A stretch of 36,736 bases of DNA from positions 1 to 36,736 of the forward strand of contig DATFEP010000029.1 of the NCBI GenBank assembly GCA_035250975.1, in the 5' to 3' direction. The notes beneath the pieces were generated by a model. The model did not search any database, had not been told where the DNA came from, and worked only from the letters and a program-made list of their open reading frames with translations. Below, in pieces: positions 19,264-28,764 of the stretch (positions are counted from its first letter, which is position 1; each line of letters starts with the position of its first letter). Origin of the DNA: Nitrososphaeraceae archaeon (lineage in GTDB: Archaea; Thermoproteota; Nitrososphaeria; Nitrososphaerales; Nitrososphaeraceae). The translations under genes and the position numbers were made by a program.

Positions 19264-20796
19264 ATGGACTTGGATCTAAAGAAGAAAAGAGAAGAACATC
19301 TTTTTGCAGGAGGAAAGGAAAAATTAGAAGATCGTCGAAAAAAAGGAAAATTGACTGCGTTTGATAGAATAAATTCTATTTTTGATCACGGTACCTTTAC
19401 AGAAATTGATCCATTTGTAACGCATGAATGCAGTGACTTTGATATGGACAAGAAAAAAATTCTAGGAGATGGCGTAGTTACAGGCTATGGAATGATTGAC
19501 GATAGATTGATGTATGTTTTTTCCCAAGATTTTACAACATTTGGTGGATCCTTAGGATTAGCATATTCAAGAAAGATTTGTAAAATAATGGATCTTGCAT
19601 TGAAACAAGGAGTCCCTGTAATAGGAATAAATGATTCAGGAGGGGCACGAATTCAAGAAGGAGTAGATAGTTTAGCAGGATATGCAAATATTTTTCATAG
19701 AAATGTGAAAACATCTGGAGTAGTTCCTCAAATCTCATTGATAATGGGCCCTTGTGCTGGAGGTGCGGTCTATTCGCCTGCCATAACTGATTTTATTATA
19801 ATGACGAAATCATCATTCATGTTTGTAACGGGACCCGATGTTGTCAAAGAAGTTACAAACGAGAATGTGACCTTTGAAGAGCTGGGAGGATCAGGTGTTC
19901 ATAATGTAAAAAGTGGAGTAGCCCATTTCCTTGCGGAGGGTGAACAAGATTGTTTCAAGATTTTGAGAACTCTTCTGTCTTTTCTACCTTCTAATAATCT
20001 AGAGAATCCACCTAAAATTGACTCTAAAGACGATCCGTCAAGAAGAGTTGAAGAACTTGATTCAATTCTTCCTTCTAGTCCAAATATACCCTACAATATG
20101 GAAACTGTAATTAAAAAAATTGTAGATAACGGGTTTTTCCTAGAGGTGCAAAAACATTGGTCACGCAATATAATAATTGGATTTGCTCGACTTGACGGAA
20201 ATCCTGTTGGAATCGTTGCTAACAATCCAGAAGTTTTAGCTGGCGTTCTGGACATTAATTCATGCGATAAAGGAACTCGTTTTGTACGTTTTTGTGACTG
20301 TTTTAATATTCCTCTTTTAGCTTTAGTAGACGTACCAGGTTTTTTACCGGGGACTGATCAAGAATGGGGAGGCATAATTCGTCATGGTTCTAAACTCTTA
20401 TATGCTTTCTCTGAGGCTACAGTACCCAGATTTACGGTAATTACAAGAAAAGCCTATGGAGGAGCATATTGTGTCATGAATAGTAAACATATAGGTGCAG
20501 ATTATAACTTTGCTTGGCCTACAGCTGAAATAGCAGTGATGGGAGCTGAAGGGGCAAGTAGTATAATATGGAAGAAGGAAATAGCAGAGTCTCAAAATCC
20601 AGTTGATAAAAAATCGGAATTAGTAGAGAAATACAGAATGAAATTTAGTAATCCGTATATAGCTGCCTCAAAAGGATTTTTGGATGATGTCATAGAACCA
20701 AATGAAACAAGATACAGACTAGTATCAGCGTTCAGGGCCATTTATAGAAAAAGGGAGGAAAGATCAAAAAGAAAACATGGCAATATTCCTGTTTAA
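19264..20796 (+). CDS. pccB: Acyl-CoA carboxylase carboxyltransferase subunit (PccB-like)
   Basis: DSGGARIQEG, GPCAGGAVYSPAITDF, DVPGFLPG, RKAYGGAY and C-terminal KHGNIPV. Confidence 0.93.
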   Translation: MDLDLKKKREEHLFAGGKEKLEDRRKKGKLTAFDRINSIFDHGTFTEIDPFVTHECSDFDMDKKKILGDGVVTGYGMIDDRLMYVFSQDFTTFGGSLGLAYSRKICKIMDLALKQGVPVIGINDSGGARIQEGVDSLAGYANIFHRNVKTSGVVPQISLIMGPCAGGAVYSPAITDFIIMTKSSFMFVTGPDVVKEVTNENVTFEELGGSGVHNVKSGVAHFLAEGEQDCFKILRTLLSFLPSNNLENPPKIDSKDDPSRRVEELDSILPSSPNIPYNMETVIKKIVDNGFFLEVQKHWSRNIIIGFARLDGNPVGIVANNPEVLAGVLDINSCDKGTRFVRFCDCFNIPLLALVDVPGFLPGTDQEWGGIIRHGSKLLYAFSEATVPRFTVITRKAYGGAYCVMNSKHIGADYNFAWPTAEIAVMGAEGASSIIWKKEIAESQNPVDKKSELVEKYRMKFSNPYIAASKGFLDDVIEPNETRYRLVSAFRAIYRKREERSKRKHGNIPV

Positions 20797-21051
20797 AATT
20801 TTATGCTCCAAAGATAGTCAATGGCCGTATAATTCCTTTTTTGTTTTCTTAATGTTCAGTAAAGGAAATAATAGATCCAGATATACAGAAAAGTGCAAAA
20901 TGGTAAAATATATGGTAAAGATTATAAATTCTAATAAATACAATAGAAAAAAAGCCTTAATTTATCTAAATTCTTCCATGTTTATCAAATCACAAAAATG
21001 AATTAAACGTTATTAACTATTTTATATTATTTCTTAAAATGTGGTTTCGAC

Positions 21052-22530
21052 ATGGTAAAGATTCTAATAGCAAATAGAGGAGAAATAGCTATCAGGATAG
21101 CTAAAACCTGCAAAAGAATAGGAATAGAACCATACGGTGTTTTTTCAGATGCAGATAAAGAGTCTTTACATATAAAATATTGCGATGATGCAGTTAACCT
21201 AGGAGGTTCTATGCCGAATGAAAATTATCTTTGTATTGATAAAGTGATTGATGCTGCTAAAAAACTAGACTGCGACATGATTCACCCAGGTTATGGATTT
21301 CTTTCAGAAAATCATAATTTTGTCAAGGCATGTAAAGAAGAAGGCATAGTTTTCATAGGACCTTCATTTAAAGCAATGACGCTTTCAGGAGACAAAGTAG
21401 AAGCTAGAAAGATTGCATCAAAATTAGCTGAGACGGTTAAAGGAGAAGAAGTAATGGATGAGGAACAGGCATCTAGAGTAGCAGAAAGAATAGGATATCC
21501 AGTAATCATTAAAGCAGTAGAGGGAGGAGGTGGCAGAGGTCTAAGGATAGCAGGATCTCAAGAAGAGTTAATTGATCTCTTTTTATTGTCCAAAAACGAA
21601 TCAAAAATAAGTTTTGGTTCAGATAGACTGTATCTCGAAAAATATTTAGCAAATCCTAAGCATATAGAAGTTCAAATACTCGCAGACTATAATAACACAG
21701 TTCATCTTGGAGAAAGAGAATGTTCTATTCAAAGAAGATATCAAAAACTGATTGAGGAAACACCCTCTCCTACTTTAACAAAAGAGACTAGAGATGAAAT
21801 GACAGAGACGGCTATAAAGATAATTAATGAAATTGGATATGATAATGCAGGCACGGTAGAATTTCTCTACAAAGAAGGAAGATTTTATTTTATGGAAATT
21901 AATGCTAGAATTCAAGTAGAACACCCCATAACTGAGGAGGTAACAGGAATAGACATTGTTGAACAACAAATTCGCATAGCTACTGGTGATGGACTTACCA
22001 TAAAGCAAGAGGATATAAACCCCAAAGGACATGCTATAGAATGCAGAATTAACGCTGAAAATCCTATAACTTTTGCTCCTTATCCAGGTAAAATTGATCA
22101 ATTTATTCCACCTATGGGAGAGGGTATAAGAGTTGATACAGCATTATATGAAGGATATTCCATTCCTGTGTTCTATGATTCTCTTATTGCTAAATTAGTA
22201 TGTCTTGGCCATTGCAGGGATGAAGCAATAGATAGGATGAAAAAATCTCTACTGTCCTTCAGAATATCAGGAATTCCGTCGACCATTTCTTTTCACATAT
22301 CTGCCATGAACGATAACGATTTTTTAACTGGTAAATATGATACATCATTCATCAACAAAATGAAACACTTTTCACCAAGAAATGGTGAAATAGCTGCTGC
22401 AATATTCTCAATGCTACCTAAGAAAATTCAATTCATAAAAACTCAAGAAATCCGAGATGCTTGGATACAACGAAAATTGGATTTGAATGAGACGAGTTAT
22501 TTAAATGATAACTGGAGATGGTCAACGTAA
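21052..22530 (+). CDS. accC: Biotin carboxylase subunit
   Basis: ANRGEIA, HPGYGFLSEN, GGGGRG, ECSIQRRYQKLIEE and EINARIQVEHP. Confidence 0.93.
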   Translation: MVKILIANRGEIAIRIAKTCKRIGIEPYGVFSDADKESLHIKYCDDAVNLGGSMPNENYLCIDKVIDAAKKLDCDMIHPGYGFLSENHNFVKACKEEGIVFIGPSFKAMTLSGDKVEARKIASKLAETVKGEEVMDEEQASRVAERIGYPVIIKAVEGGGGRGLRIAGSQEELIDLFLLSKNESKISFGSDRLYLEKYLANPKHIEVQILADYNNTVHLGERECSIQRRYQKLIEETPSPTLTKETRDEMTETAIKIINEIGYDNAGTVEFLYKEGRFYFMEINARIQVEHPITEEVTGIDIVEQQIRIATGDGLTIKQEDINPKGHAIECRINAENPITFAPYPGKIDQFIPPMGEGIRVDTALYEGYSIPVFYDSLIAKLVCLGHCRDEAIDRMKKSLLSFRISGIPSTISFHISAMNDNDFLTGKYDTSFINKMKHFSPRNGEIAAAIFSMLPKKIQFIKTQEIRDAWIQRKLDLNETSYLNDNWRWST

Positions 22531-22962
22531 TTGAGGGTAAAAGTTAACGATAATGAATATGATATCGAAATTATCGGTGAAAAGGTTATAGTTAATAATA
22601 TTAATTTTGATTTAAAAAGATATAGAGATAAAATTACATTAGGTAATGATACATTTTATTTGGACTTTGTAGAAGAAACTGAACCTTCATTAATGATAAT
22701 TAATGGAGTAAGTTATGTTGTATCAAAAGATTTTTCAAATTACGGGTTGGAAAAAGAAATACGCGCTCCAATAAATGGAAAAATCACAGATCTATTGGTT
22801 AATAATAATGATCTTATAGAAAAGGATCAAACTATTTTGGTTCTTGAGGCTATGAAAATGGAGAATCAAATAAAATCTCATTTAAAAGGAGTAATTGAGA
22901 AAATATATGTATCCAAGGACCAATTAGTAAAAAAAGGAGATATCCTTGTGAAATTTGGATGA
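22531..22962 (+). CDS. accB: Biotin carboxyl carrier protein
   Basis: EAMKMEN biotinylation motif. Its TTG start directly abuts the biotin carboxylase stop. Confidence 0.9.
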   Translation: MRVKVNDNEYDIEIIGEKVIVNNINFDLKRYRDKITLGNDTFYLDFVEETEPSLMIINGVSYVVSKDFSNYGLEKEIRAPINGKITDLLVNNNDLIEKDQTILVLEAMKMENQIKSHLKGVIEKIYVSKDQLVKKGDILVKFG

Positions 22963-23220
22963 CATATCATTTTACGAGTAAATAATAATGGATGGGTGGA
23001 TAGATAGAGATCTATAGAAATATGTTTTTCATGAGCAAGGGTATGCAAGATTGATCAATTAAAAAATTTAATCAATTTCGATTGTCATCCTTAGTACACT
23101 AAAAATAATCAAGATGATTTGCAAGGAATTTTTTATAGGTTTATAAACACTGTATGTCTATTAAAATTATGTCTTTTAATAAAAATTATTTTTATTACCT
23201 AAAATCTTGGTGCAAAGAAT

Positions 23221-24441
23221 ATGACTGAAAAATGCCAATTAAAGTTATTGATGGTGTCGACGGAATACCCACCAATGAAAGGTGGTGTTGGAAGGTATAC
23301 ATACAATTTGGTAAAAGCAATCCAAGGGATAGGTATCGATACACAAGTTGTCTCAGGAGAAGAAGGTAATGGAAATTACAAAGGGTTATCGCCATATAAC
23401 AAAAATAATTCAGATCTATTATTAAAGATTGTAAATGAATCACAGCCAGATATCGTACATATTCAAATGGAACATGGATTATACGGACTGAATTTTAGAT
23501 CCCTAGTTCCAGGTAAATTAACTACATCGTTAGACTCTTTTTATTCAAAATGTCCCAAACCAATAGTAACAACTTTTCACTCTGCATATGATTTTAAAGA
23601 ATGGGTGAATTTAGATCCCAATTTTCAAAGAACAGGTTATCTTGAAAAAATAAAATGGAAAATAAGAAAATTAAGAAATTATTGGTTCAGATCAATAAAC
23701 TATGAGCCATTTAACAATCTGAACGAGCAAATTTTGAATCATAGTAAGGCAGGAATTGTATTTTCGCACTATTTATGCAATTTCATACCAGGATGTAAAG
23801 TTATTTATCATGGGTCTGAACCAGCGTTTCCTGAAAAGATAACAAAACAGTTTGCTAGAAAAAAATTGCATTTGCCGGAGAATGGCAGAATAGCACTTTC
23901 TTTAGGTTTTTTTACCTTCACTAAGGGATGGGATATTATTAATAAAATAGATATTCCTAAAAACTGGACAATAATTTTAAATCATTCAAGAAATCATTTT
24001 AGTAGGCAGGAATACAACTTAGATTTCAATGAAAGTAGACACAGAGACAGAATAATGAATTTGAATAAGGATTATCTATCAGAGGAAGAGATGTCATTAT
24101 TGCTGTATGCTTCGGATATTGTATTTTTGCCATATAGAGTTAGTTCTGGTTCAGGAGTAATGTTTGATGGATTTGGACACGATTTGCCATTCCTTGCTTC
24201 TAGTCTAGGTTTTTTTAAAGAATTTGAAGACTTACATTTAGGTATGACAATAGAAGGAAAACCAGAAGAATTTACAAAGGGACTAGAGGTCATTGATAGG
24301 AATTATGATATGTATCTATCGAATGTTATAAAGTTTAAAGAAAAATTAAGATGGTGTGATATCGCAACACAACATCTAAATATATATAAAAGCTGTGTTG
24401 AAAGAGAAAAAAATATCAAAAGTGAAATACTAATAAATTAA
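23221..24441 (+). CDS. GT4 (GT-B) glycosyltransferase
   Basis: STEYPPMKGGVGRYT, PDIVHIQMEHGLY, VTTFH and SDIVFLPY...SGSGV. Confidence 0.88.
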   Translation: MTEKCQLKLLMVSTEYPPMKGGVGRYTYNLVKAIQGIGIDTQVVSGEEGNGNYKGLSPYNKNNSDLLLKIVNESQPDIVHIQMEHGLYGLNFRSLVPGKLTTSLDSFYSKCPKPIVTTFHSAYDFKEWVNLDPNFQRTGYLEKIKWKIRKLRNYWFRSINYEPFNNLNEQILNHSKAGIVFSHYLCNFIPGCKVIYHGSEPAFPEKITKQFARKKLHLPENGRIALSLGFFTFTKGWDIINKIDIPKNWTIILNHSRNHFSRQEYNLDFNESRHRDRIMNLNKDYLSEEEMSLLLYASDIVFLPYRVSSGSGVMFDGFGHDLPFLASSLGFFKEFEDLHLGMTIEGKPEEFTKGLEVIDRNYDMYLSNVIKFKEKLRWCDIATQHLNIYKSCVEREKNIKSEILIN

Positions 24442-24682
24442 GAAATAATTATAATTTGAGATACTGAATATGCCAATAATCTGAAATATCGGCTAAAATT
24501 GGAAGAATTAATTACTTTATCTCTTAATATAATTATTTCAGTGAATTTTTTTCTATTCTCAAAACCAATCCAAATAAAGAAAAAACAATATATGAAAACT
24601 AAATCTTATAATTTCAAAAAATACTATAAAATTTAGGAAGAGTTTTTATTGTTAATTTTCATGAATTTAACTAAATCTTCAT

Positions 24683-24693
24683 TTTCAGTGTAA
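24683..24693. promoter_or_regulatory. Candidate operator box
   Basis: TTTCAgTGTAA centred about 28 bp upstream of TTTTAAG (24713-24719). Confidence 0.5.
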
Positions 24694-24765
24694 TGCACAA
24701 TAAACAAAGGTCTTTTAAGTTACTGTATAATCTTTACTATTAGAAAATTGCGCAAATCAGAAAAC

Positions 24766-24894
24766 ATGATCTTAAATATAGGATCAGTTAGGAATCCACT
24801 TTGCACAGATCCACATTGCTATAAACGATCTGGAAATCATACTTGGATTATACCAGGTTATAATCTTGAAATAAATCAAATGAATTTAAAATGA
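24766..24894 (+). CDS. Small Cys/His protein, 42 aa (not in ORF track)
   Basis: MILNIGSVRNPLCTDPHCYKRSGNHTWIIPGYNLEINQMNLK*. The stop overlaps the next start (ATGA), and there is an alternative TTG start at 24748. Confidence 0.5.
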   Translation: MILNIGSVRNPLCTDPHCYKRSGNHTWIIPGYNLEINQMNLK

Positions 24895-25277
24895 TTGAAA
24901 GGAATTTCATGAAACAAATTTGCCTGCAAATGCTCGACAACAATAAAAAAATAGATTTTGTTGGGATAATAGGAAAAAATGGTAAGCTAATTACTGGTAG
25001 AAGTAACAATATGGTTAAAGACCTGACCTTTGATTACAAGATAAGCCAAGAATTACCTCCGGTGCTTGAAATATTTGAATTAATGAAAAATTGTGATTTT
25101 GAAAAGGTTTGGCATGAAGGAGAATTAGCATATTCGACTATCGAGTCATGTAAATTAATATTAGTTATTTTGCCACTTACTAAGAACGGACAAGAATTCA
25201 TTTGTTTTTTGTTAACTAATGGTCAAAATAAAGACAATGTTGAACCTATGATTGAAGAAGTTTTATTTGGGTTATAA
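24891..25277 (+). CDS. Roadblock/profilin-like thaumarchaeal protein (DUF6659-like)
   Basis: C..ML....KIDFVGIIGKNGKLITG pattern followed by GELAYSTIE...LILVILPL strands. Confidence 0.65.
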   Translation: MIERNFMKQICLQMLDNNKKIDFVGIIGKNGKLITGRSNNMVKDLTFDYKISQELPPVLEIFELMKNCDFEKVWHEGELAYSTIESCKLILVILPLTKNGQEFICFLLTNGQNKDNVEPMIEEVLFGL

Positions 25278-25367
25278 CGTAGCATTATTTATTATCTATT
25301 GATAGTTTTGAATAGAACAAAAAACAATGAAATGACTATTTTAAAAAAGATATAAATATTTTTTCTC

Positions 25368-26345
25368 CTACTTTGAACCTGTTATATAGTCTAATAATGT
25401 GTCCAAATCTACGGTAGCTACACAACACACTTTGTCTGCACCTCCATAATACAAAAATAAATTGTTATCAATAATTGCTGTTCCTGTTGGGAATACGACA
25501 TTATTAACGTCACCAAAACGCTCATAACGTTCGAATGGTTCTAAAATAGGCCTGCTAGATCTAGATATTACTTTTGACGGATCATTTAAATCCAATATTA
25601 CTCCACCTGCCCTATAGACCTTTTCCTGATTTACGCCATGATATATCAGTAGCCATCCTTTTTTGGTCTTTATAGGTGCCGGGCCTGCACCAATTTTTAG
25701 ATTTTCCCAATCTTGTTCTGGTTTTATAATCACCTTATGTTCGTTCATTTCGGTCAAAGTAGATCCTTTATATAACCAAATACTTGGTTTATCAGTACCA
25801 TATTCCGGTCCAATAAAATGACTGGGTCTTCGTAAAGAGAGATATACATTTTCTTTTCTTTTAGAACCAGAATTTTTTACCGCAAATTTCTCTGGGAAAA
25901 AGACTATATCTTTATTGTCTTCCACTGGATTGCTAATTATACCCATTTTTGAAAATTCCAAGAAATCTTTAGTAACTGCCAAAGCTGAAGAAACTGTTGG
26001 TCTAAATTTTACGTAGTCAGATAATACGACATAAGTAATAAAAATATCATCGTCGATCATGGTTATCCTTGGATCTTCAATGCCATATTTTTCGTAGTTT
26101 TCAGTAATGTCAATTACAGGATTTTTCCTCCGTTCAAATGTATAACCATCAACGCTTTGTGCGTATCCTATTCTCGAAATATAATAATCATATTCTCCTA
26201 TCGCACGATACAACATATTTACATTCTTTCCGTCATACAGGGTAGAACAATTGAATACTGCTTTAGATTCCCACCAGCTTTCAATTTTAGGAAACAGTAT
26301 AGGATTCTTTGAGTATCTTTGAAATAATCCATTATCTGCAGACAA
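25368..26345 (-). CDS. GH130 (DUF377) glycosidase/glycoside phosphorylase
   Basis: AVFN, LYRA, GIEDPRI, NKDIVFFPEK, KIGAGPAPIKT, WLLIYHGV, NVVFPTG and YYGGAD. Confidence 0.9.
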   Translation of the reverse strand: MSADNGLFQRYSKNPILFPKIESWWESKAVFNCSTLYDGKNVNMLYRAIGEYDYYISRIGYAQSVDGYTFERRKNPVIDITENYEKYGIEDPRITMIDDDIFITYVVLSDYVKFRPTVSSALAVTKDFLEFSKMGIISNPVEDNKDIVFFPEKFAVKNSGSKRKENVYLSLRRPSHFIGPEYGTDKPSIWLYKGSTLTEMNEHKVIIKPEQDWENLKIGAGPAPIKTKKGWLLIYHGVNQEKVYRAGGVILDLNDPSKVISRSSRPILEPFERYERFGDVNNVVFPTGTAIIDNNLFLYYGGADKVCCVATVDLDTLLDYITGSK

Positions 26346-26592
26346 TCGAATTTAGAATGATTTACGGTAAGAATGTTATTAACATTGAGTTAAAGTGTAA
26401 CTGAATTTTGTAACGTAAGAATTAACTATTATTTTGTAATTATTTTGGGAATGTTTTAATCGTAATAAAAATAAAAATACATCTTGTTATTACTGGAGAT
26501 AGCACTAAAATCGATTTTGGTTAGTTGATATTTATTAATAATAAATAAAAAGTTGTAAGATTATCAAATTATTGAATAATATTAATATTATT

Positions 26593-27180
26593 TTACCGGA
26601 TTTTGACTACTTTTAGTTTCACGCCCTTTCTCAGATCCTGAATGATCTTTTCTATTTGTTTAACTTGAACCAGATAATTGCTTTTCATATAATCTAGACC
26701 AGACTTGTGTTTTTGAAAAGAAGGAGCCGCAATTCCATTCTCTGCTATTATAATATCATATCCAGTGAGGAACGCGTCATACACGGAATGTTTAACACAT
26801 ATATCGGTATGAATTCCTGTAAAGATTATTGATTCCACACCTTTTCCTTTGTAAAGTGAATCAAGTACCTTTGCCAAATTAGTTCTATGAAATGCACTGT
26901 AACTATTTTTCAAAATTATATGGTCATTATCTTGTGGTTTTAATTCATTTATAACTTCCGATCCTTTTGTATCTTTCATTGCATGAACTCCCCATATTTG
27001 TAATTCCCTGTCAGATCGAATATGAGAATCATTGCAATACACTATAGGAATATTATGTTGCCTAGCAAAATCAAGCAATAATTTGATGTTAGGTATTATT
27101 GTTTGTACTTTAGAAAATTTTAGTTTTCCATAAACAAAATCATTTAACATATCTAGCACCAAGATTACTATTCTTTTCAA
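26593..27180 (-). CDS. pncA: Isochorismatase-family cysteine hydrolase, probable nicotinamidase
   Basis: DMLNDF, metal ligands DSH and WGVH, catalytic K (KNSYSAF) and C (GIHTDICV). It lies directly downstream of pncB. Confidence 0.8.
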   Translation of the reverse strand: MKRIVILVLDMLNDFVYGKLKFSKVQTIIPNIKLLLDFARQHNIPIVYCNDSHIRSDRELQIWGVHAMKDTKGSEVINELKPQDNDHIILKNSYSAFHRTNLAKVLDSLYKGKGVESIIFTGIHTDICVKHSVYDAFLTGYDIIIAENGIAAPSFQKHKSGLDYMKSNYLVQVKQIEKIIQDLRKGVKLKVVKIR

Positions 27181-27276
27181 AACAAGATATATTACTGGAG
27201 TTGATCTATTTATATGGTTTAATCTATTATTTAATATAGATAACCAATACAGGAAACGTAATAGAAAAAGAAGATG

Positions 27277-28665
27277 TTAGTTGAAAGATTCAATTGAATT
27301 TTTTAATTCCTTACTTAGGTATACTGGAAAGGTCTTTAATTCAGGATCAAGTCTTTTAAATTTTCTAGGTAATATAGACATCTGATATTCGTAATATTTC
27401 TTAATTTCTGGAATTGTAGGAAGATTTATCATTATATTACCATTTTTAATAAATTGTTTCAACAGAGGTATTCCATAAGCAATTTTTTCATATTCAAGAG
27501 CTAAGATATCTTTATAAAATTTGTCGTTTTTAATAATTCTAAAAATTTGTTTGGGTCCTGGAAAAGAGATCTTGTCTAATGATTTCTTCATTTTATATAT
27601 TATTTCATATTTTTGTTTATCCTGATCCGAGTATTTTTTGATAGCAACTAATTTATAAACACCGTTCAAGGCGGGATCGTCTCTAGATGTTACCAATTCA
27701 GTACCTACACCAAAGGAATCAATGGGAATTTTTTTCTTTACCAATTTTTTGATTGTATATTCATTAAGATCTCCACTCACCATTATTTTTGTTCCTTTGT
27801 AACCGGATTTGTCTAGAATTTTCCTAATCTTCCTACACAAATAAAATAAATCTCCACTGTCAATTCGTATACCACCACACTTTACTCGATGTTTGATAAT
27901 TTTTTTTATTGCGTTTATCGAATCATAAGTATCTATTAATAAAAAACTATCCGGAAAGATAGTCACAAACTTTTTGAATGCCTCTATTTCCTCTTCAAAA
28001 CTCATTATATATGAATGTGCCATGGTCCCGGCTGCTGGAATTCCATACCGAAACGAAGCAAGAGTATTTGAGGTGCTTTTACATCCTGCGATATAACTAG
28101 CTCTGCTTGCAAATAATGCTGCATAAGGGCTATGTGCTCTTCGAAACCCGAATTCTATCACAGTTTTGTCCCCAGCTGAATTAACTATTCGTGATGCTTT
28201 TGAAGCAATTAATGTTTGAAAATTCATCATAGAAAGAACATATGTTTCAAATAATTGAGCCTGAATAATAGGAGCTTCGATTCTTAAAAACGGCTCATTT
28301 GGAAAGAGAATTGTACCTTCAGGTACTGCCCATAAGTCTCCAGTAAATTTAAGATTTGCCAAATAATCTAAGAAGTTCTTATCGTTTTTAAATGAATTAT
28401 GAGTTTTAAGAAAATCAATCTGTGTACGAGTAAATTTGAAATTCATGAGGAAAGATACTATTTGTTCCAATCCGCATACTACCAAATAATTTCTGTTATT
28501 TGGAAGTTTTCTAACGTACATTTCAAATTGCCCAATAGTATCATTCATACCTGAATTGAAATATGCTGATGCCATAGTTAATTCATAAAAATCCGTTGCT
28601 AAAGCCATATTATTTTCGTAATTGCATGATGAAATGGTCACGGGATATCTATAATAGGAATCCAC
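27277..28665 (-). CDS. pncB: Nicotinate phosphoribosyltransferase
   Basis: TDFYELTM, EFGFRRAH, GTMAHSY, LIDTYD, IRIDSGD, SGDLNE, FGVGT and GVYKLV. Confidence 0.95.
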   Translation of the reverse strand: MDSYYRYPVTISSCNYENNMALATDFYELTMASAYFNSGMNDTIGQFEMYVRKLPNNRNYLVVCGLEQIVSFLMNFKFTRTQIDFLKTHNSFKNDKNFLDYLANLKFTGDLWAVPEGTILFPNEPFLRIEAPIIQAQLFETYVLSMMNFQTLIASKASRIVNSAGDKTVIEFGFRRAHSPYAALFASRASYIAGCKSTSNTLASFRYGIPAAGTMAHSYIMSFEEEIEAFKKFVTIFPDSFLLIDTYDSINAIKKIIKHRVKCGGIRIDSGDLFYLCRKIRKILDKSGYKGTKIMVSGDLNEYTIKKLVKKKIPIDSFGVGTELVTSRDDPALNGVYKLVAIKKYSDQDKQKYEIIYKMKKSLDKISFPGPKQIFRIIKNDKFYKDILALEYEKIAYGIPLLKQFIKNGNIMINLPTIPEIKKYYEYQMSILPRKFKRLDPELKTFPVYLSKELKNSIESFN

Positions 28666-28764
28666 TAATAAATATAAAATTCTGATAAAAAACTAATCGA
28701 TATTATAAAAAAGAATTCCAAATATATGTGTAAAATTTATTAAATTCAAAATAAAGTTAGATGT

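Noticed and set aside
20777-21001. 74-aa ORF between CT and BC as a carboxylase epsilon-type subunit
   Set aside because: It overlaps the CT 3' end, has AT-driven composition, and shows no recognisable epsilon/delta subunit pattern.
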